Shown: positions 58,401-64,000 of the stretch, piece after piece
Layout: every line of letters starts with the position of its first letter
Numbering within the stretch: the first letter of the stretch is position 1
Assembly: GCA_964016885.1 (NCBI GenBank)
Contig: OZ024749.1
Coordinates: 4,030,001-4,094,000, forward strand
Reading direction: 5' to 3'
Origin: Eledone cirrhosa
Taxonomy: Eukaryota
Length of the DNA: 64,000 bases
Program-made: the position numbers and the translations under genes
Notes under the pieces: generated by a model
Databases searched by the model: none
What the model was told of the DNA's origin: nothing
What the model saw: only the letters and a program-made list of their open reading frames with translations

Positions 58401-59030
58401 CCAAATCTTGTCCTAGCCCGTCAGCATTCATCTCCTCAATGGCCGTCTCTTTGTTGCAGGTACTATTTATTTCAGCATTCAGATCATTGTCTGCTTCGGA
58501 TGGTTCCTCCGTTCTCTCAAACTCTTCACCTTTATTTCCCACTGGCTCGTTTGCCTAGCATACTCCACTCTCCATTTCCAAGCTAATCTCTCTGCTCAGT
58601 TCTTCCAGTTCCAGCTCGCTTATCCACCCATTAGTTCTTATTACTCGAGCCTGCCCGGCCCATTTTTCTTCATCTAATTTAAATATACCAATCTCGTTCC
58701 AGATGTTATGCATCCGTTTCCTATAGCCTTTCTCCTTGGGGTTACTCTTCAGGTAACATTGCATAACAGATCTATTCAATTCTTTCGGCCAGTTGGTTCT
58801 GGTCCCTTTCCTTATTCTTCTTCCTCCGACACCAGCAGTGTTTGGTTGACAGCCAGGTCGCTGCTGCTTTGCCAGGGAGCACCTGCTGGGTGAGTGTCTG
58901 ACATTGTAGTCTCCACTTCACCGTTATTCGAACTGTTTAGGTTCGACATTTAAACACTCTTATCGAGGATTGGTGAATGTATGGTTACATAACCACCGGT
59001 GATTTTTGTGTGGCCCTATCTCGCTGTAGA
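55463..59030 (-). mobile_element. R4/Dong-like non-LTR retrotransposon, about full length, decayed (different family from 33.7-37.5 kb)
   Basis: 504-aa RT ORF 56053-57567 ([43 protein letters not shown]). [38 protein letters not shown] at 58949. 3' end abuts (TAA)n. Confidence 0.9.
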
Positions 59031-59736
59031 CGAACATAAATAAACAAACACATAAAGAGGCAAAAAAAAAATAAAAGAAAAGAATAAGCATAAGTTTCAT
59101 TGTAATGTAATGTTTGAATGTCTGACTTAGCTTTTCCCTTCCCTTCTCTGTCCGTCTGTTTGTTTTTCTCTCCATTTTTCTTTTCTTTACGTATTTCGTT
59201 GTTGCAGTGCTGCTTTGATTTTTATTTTTGTTTTTTTTTTTATTTTTTGACCGGCTCATCAATTCAGTCTATTTATATATTTTGATGCCTTCCTCTTTTA
59301 GTGGGGACACTACGATGCATGTCTTAGCAGGAGGTAGTGGGAGAGAATAGCGGCGGTAGTGATAATGAGGCAGTGGTGGTGGTGTGGGTGGTGGTGCTGT
59401 GCTAGTATTACCTATCAGGAGGTAGTGGGAGTGAATAGCGGCGGTAGCGATAATGAGGCAATGGTGGTGGTGATGTGATCGTAGTACTGTAGTGATGGTG
59501 TTGAAGTAGAAATAGTAGTTGAGGTAACTTGACTAGAGTTCTTAGCGTGGTAGTGGTGGTGGTGTTGGTGGTGAAATTATCTTCTCTGTCCACTTAGCCA
59601 TTTAGCTATTTAGCTATTTAGTCATTTTGCCATTTTCCCCCTTTTCGACTCTAGCATTCCTGATCCAAAATTAAATATTAATATTGTTTATTAATATTGT
59701 CTAGTGATACCGCCACCTTCCCCTTTCGTAAGTTAA

Positions 59737-59851
<115 letters not shown>

Positions 59852-60566
59852 TGTGTTGGTGTTGTTAAAGTCATACCACTAGAAGCTTGTCTTTTCCGAT
59901 CCCGTTTCGCATTGTCCCCATTAATGACATTTTAGCATCAACTCCTTGCAAGCTGTATGTAATAGACAGTTGGTAACACGAAGGCAAACATAGCCACTGG
60001 GTAAGAAACAGGTCAACATAGGAAATGTCAATATTTTTCATTGCAAAACTATTTCTGTTGCTCTTCAGGTTGCTCCAACAATCATAACAAGCTAGATAGA
60101 CAGGATTTTATTGAACAACAATGTTCACCATTTCCATTATAAATCACGGAAAGTCTCTGGAGATAAATGTACGCTTCATATTCGTTGAATAAGTGGTTGC
60201 CAGCCACTGGAATATATTACACGATATTAAAGTCTAAATTGTTGTAATGCATGGATCATATCGGAAATAATGAATAGATAATAGGAGCGAATTACCATAT
60301 TATTAGCATACAAACTCCCTAAAGTCTTCATGAATATATATTATGATATTTTGCAGATAATATGTATTTCTGCACATAGCATTGCAGTGTGTGTTGTGTT
60401 GTGTGTTGGAGGTCTTGATATTAAGTATATTCATATATGTGTAATACAATCATACATACAATGTCAGACTAACTCATAGCCTCACAACTGCATATATATT
60501 AGTTTCAATGCCAGGGACTGTGTGTAGTAGATAGGTGTGTATATATGTGTGATTTATATATAATTA

Positions 60567-60683
<117 letters not shown>

Positions 60684-60883
60684 TTATATATATATATACA
60701 GAAACAGACATAGAAACAATTACACGAGCGTACATGAGTGTCGATATGTGTGTGTATTCAATACACTCATATATGTGTTCGTACTTCTTGGAAATGTGTT
60801 TCATCATATTCACAGGCTTTTGCCAGAATTGGAAGAATGCAAGAATAATTTAATTCTCTGATTTATTTAATCCAGTAATGTAT

Positions 60884-60964
<81 letters not shown>

Positions 60965-61650
60965 CTGGCGAGGTCTCATTCGCTTACTATCGAATGATTA
61001 GTAACACTAACACAGCGTGAATTAGTATAGAGACGCGTTTGTATGAATATACAGTAGGATTATGTAGATAAAAGTACATGAATCTCGCTATGCGTATTTT
61101 TAGCTATGATGGTTAAATGGCTACCTCATACACTTACTGTGGGAGCTGTGATATGATCACAGCTTTAAATACTTACGGCGTGCCCCATGTAAATACATTA
61201 TACTTGTTTATATTATATAAGCATCAAATACGCATCAATTATACATACAATAAAGTACGAATTTATTATTGTGTCCAATATAATGGACATTTTCCTTTCA
61301 CAAAAAAATATATATAGTTCTCAACCTATAGTAGAAGTTATTATTACATTATAGGTAGTGCCGGGAATATGGCACGCCAGTTTTAGCCTAAAAAATCTTC
61401 GATATTAATCCTGAAATTTTAGTGCTCTAATTCCATATAAAGTTCCAAACATTGATTTGTCTAATCATAGCTTAGTTATCTACAGAAAATAGCTCCAATA
61501 TTTCCGACGTAATGTAAAACAGTTAACGATTGAGCGTCAAATCATATGGAAGGCCTACTATAAAGAGTTGCTAGGTTCTCCCTCAAATCATCACACTAGA
61601 AAGTTTAAAAAAGAAAGTAAGTAGAAACCTAGAATAAAAACAATAGCAAC

Positions 61651-61959
61651 AATAATAATTGTTTCTACTTTTGGCACAAGGCCAGCAATTATTCCAGTGT
61701 AATACTGGTTCTTTAGCAACAATAATAATGACTTCTAGTATAGGCAAAACGCCAGTAATTTTTTTCTTTGGAGGAGAGGGGGGAGAGGCTGTCGATTAAA
61801 TCGACCTCAGTACGCTACTGGTAATTTATTTTATCCACCCCGTAAGGATGAAAGGCAAAGTTAACCTCGGCAGGATTTGAAATCAGAGCGTACAGGACCG
61901 TAGCTCTATGCTGCAAAGCAGGGTGTCCGATTTTCTACCGATACTACCAATCCACCGCC
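61651..61959 (-). mobile_element. tRNA-derived SINE plus extra tail fragment
   Basis: Same family as 8380-8790. Confidence 0.8.
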
Positions 61960-62114
61960 CTAATAGCAACAATAATAATAACGAGAACACTAACGCCATG
62001 AAAAATATCTGCAACCGCAAATAGGAATGGAATCTACATCAGTGTTTGGCGAGTTCTTAATCTATGTGAGAAGAAATTGATTGGCACATCGATGAGACAA
62101 ATGCTGGAGTCAGA

Positions 62115-62470
62115 AATATGATTAATATTGGAATGTGGGACGTTGATTAAACGGGGGGAAAACTACGTGACTTTGACATGTATAAGATGGATATCTAAGA
62201 TATGTGACACACAATGGTCATGGAGTTGACAGATCTCTAACGAGGGGATGGCTACTCCGTATATAATGAACAACGTATCGATGGACTTGCGTATTTTGCT
62301 TGACATAAAAACCACCAAGGTTGATGTTGGCTGGAAGCCAATATATATATCCACGCTAATAGGGCAGATTTCAACTAACGATACGCGAAACCATCAATTG
62401 TCGAGGCGTATTCTCCGACAGAAGAATCAGACGAAAATATAAAGCATGATTTCTATGAACAGCTACGCAA
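62115..62470 (+). pseudogene. Decayed APE endonuclease fragment of an RTE-like LINE
   Basis: NIGMWDV (GTWNV-like), ILLD..VGWKPI, AYSPTEESDENIKHDFYEQL. Confidence 0.65.
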
Positions 62471-63639
62471 ATCTGGTAACTTTCGACAATATTTATTAAT
62501 GCCGAAATCTATCTGGGCATTCTGAGTTTGAACACCATTCCTCTGAAATATTCATATTTCTATTCATATATCATATATTTCCCCATTCATATGGATTACT
62601 CTGTATAATGTTTCTTATCAGACCAAATAGTAAAACACATTGATCTCAACCTGTGAATTAATTTGTCTTTTAACTGTAAGTATGCAGTACAAATTGATAG
62701 GATTACATGTCCAAACCAAGGAAAACGCTGTGATAACTGTATATACGTTTCCGCGAAGGGAAGTATTTAGATGTTTTAAATCTTCAGAAGAGATTTTCAA
62801 TGTTGTATCTTGCCTGGTGTTTAAAAGATATAAATAGATCACCATTTATAACCTTCGACATATAGAGATATGCCTCCAAACTACATAGGCACATTGTACT
62901 ACATTGGTAATTCAATAATGCGTATATGTACACACACACACACATATATATGTGTCTGTGTGTGTGAAAGGAAAATGCCATGTCAGTGTATATCCAAAAT
63001 GGCTGAATGATACATTTCAACTCGTGGTTATTAGAATGAAGGTAAGAAGATGATGTGAAGTGAGTGTGTTTAATATATTTCGTTCTACAATTTAACTATC
63101 ATATGTGTCTCTTTTCTATGAGAAATAAAATACACGCACATATTAGAAGCGTATTTCAAGCTTTTATAATCTGAAATTTAAATGTTCTTTCGAATTATAA
63201 CTGTATTGACGTAAGTACCTTTGACAAATGAACCTGTCTTTTATATTTGAACAGATAGTGAACTATAGAGATAATCAATATTGAATCAAGACAGACCATC
63301 ACGAACGGATTATGTGACCTTTTGTTTAAAATAATTTGTCTTTCTTGTCAAAGGATAAAAGACATTAATACCAGCCTAGTGTTCGCTCTTCACAACTAAA
63401 ATCATGAAGGAGAAGAATTGAAGTCATATTAAAGAGACACAAGTAAACATTGCGAAAACGATTACGAAATTTTAATCAATAAATTATGTATGAAGAGATG
63501 TGAACTATTGGTGGTAGAGAAGTAGAAGTTGTGTCGAAAACAGTTTCGCTGTGGAATGATGCGATAATACAAGTAATAAATAAAGCATTACGTATTTATA
63601 GCAAATTCCTTTGTCCTTACCAGTAGCTACATGTGTGAT

Positions 63640-63689
63640 AATGGTAATAATGATGACAGTAGTATTAGCGGTCGTAGCAGCAGTAATGT

Positions 63690-63758
<69 letters not shown>

Positions 63759-64000
63759 CAGCAGTAACAGTAGTAATAGTATTAGTAGTAGTAGCAGTAG
63801 TAGTAGTAGTGGCAGCAGCAGTAGTAGTAGTAGCGGTGGCGGTGGTGGTGGTGGTGGTGGTAGTGGCGATGGTAGTGGTGGTGCCGGTGGTATTGGCGAT
63901 GTTGGTGATGACGATGATGGTGGTGATAGTAATAGTAGTAGTATTCGTAGCAGTAGTAGTAGTGGTGGTGGAGGTGGTAGGGTGGTTGTGTTAGTAGTAG
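63640..64000. repeat. (TAG)n/(TGG)n microsatellite
   Basis: Direct reading. Confidence 0.9.

Noticed and set aside
58950-59040. HDV-like ribozyme at the 5' end of the R4/Dong elements (also 37440-37550)
   Set aside because: I could not assemble the nested double pseudoknot by eye.

Overview
AT-rich, microsatellite-saturated animal DNA with no host gene I can support. The SINE sequences and repeat content suggest an octopus or other cephalopod genome (inference). Almost all listed ORFs are translations of simple repeats. The real content is: one nearly intact Naiad-type Penelope-like element (PLE; RT plus GIY-YIG, three frameshifts, direct pseudo-LTRs, inverted 5' piece; 13.9-17.35 kb); two roughly full-length R4/Dong-like RLE LINEs plus truncated copies, chained in (TAA)n tracts; fragments of PLE, RTE, CRE and CR1/L2-type LINEs; tRNA-derived SINEs; a non-autonomous Helitron; and a 97-bp minisatellite. 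The most striking hidden signal is at least seven short non-coding repeat families inserted in (TA)n tracts, each carrying a type I hammerhead ribozyme (HHR) motif. Two families have a much enlarged (55-105 nt) stem II. Two form retrozyme-like partial tandems. Four loci are head-to-head palindromes whose 3' ends point outward into (TA)n.
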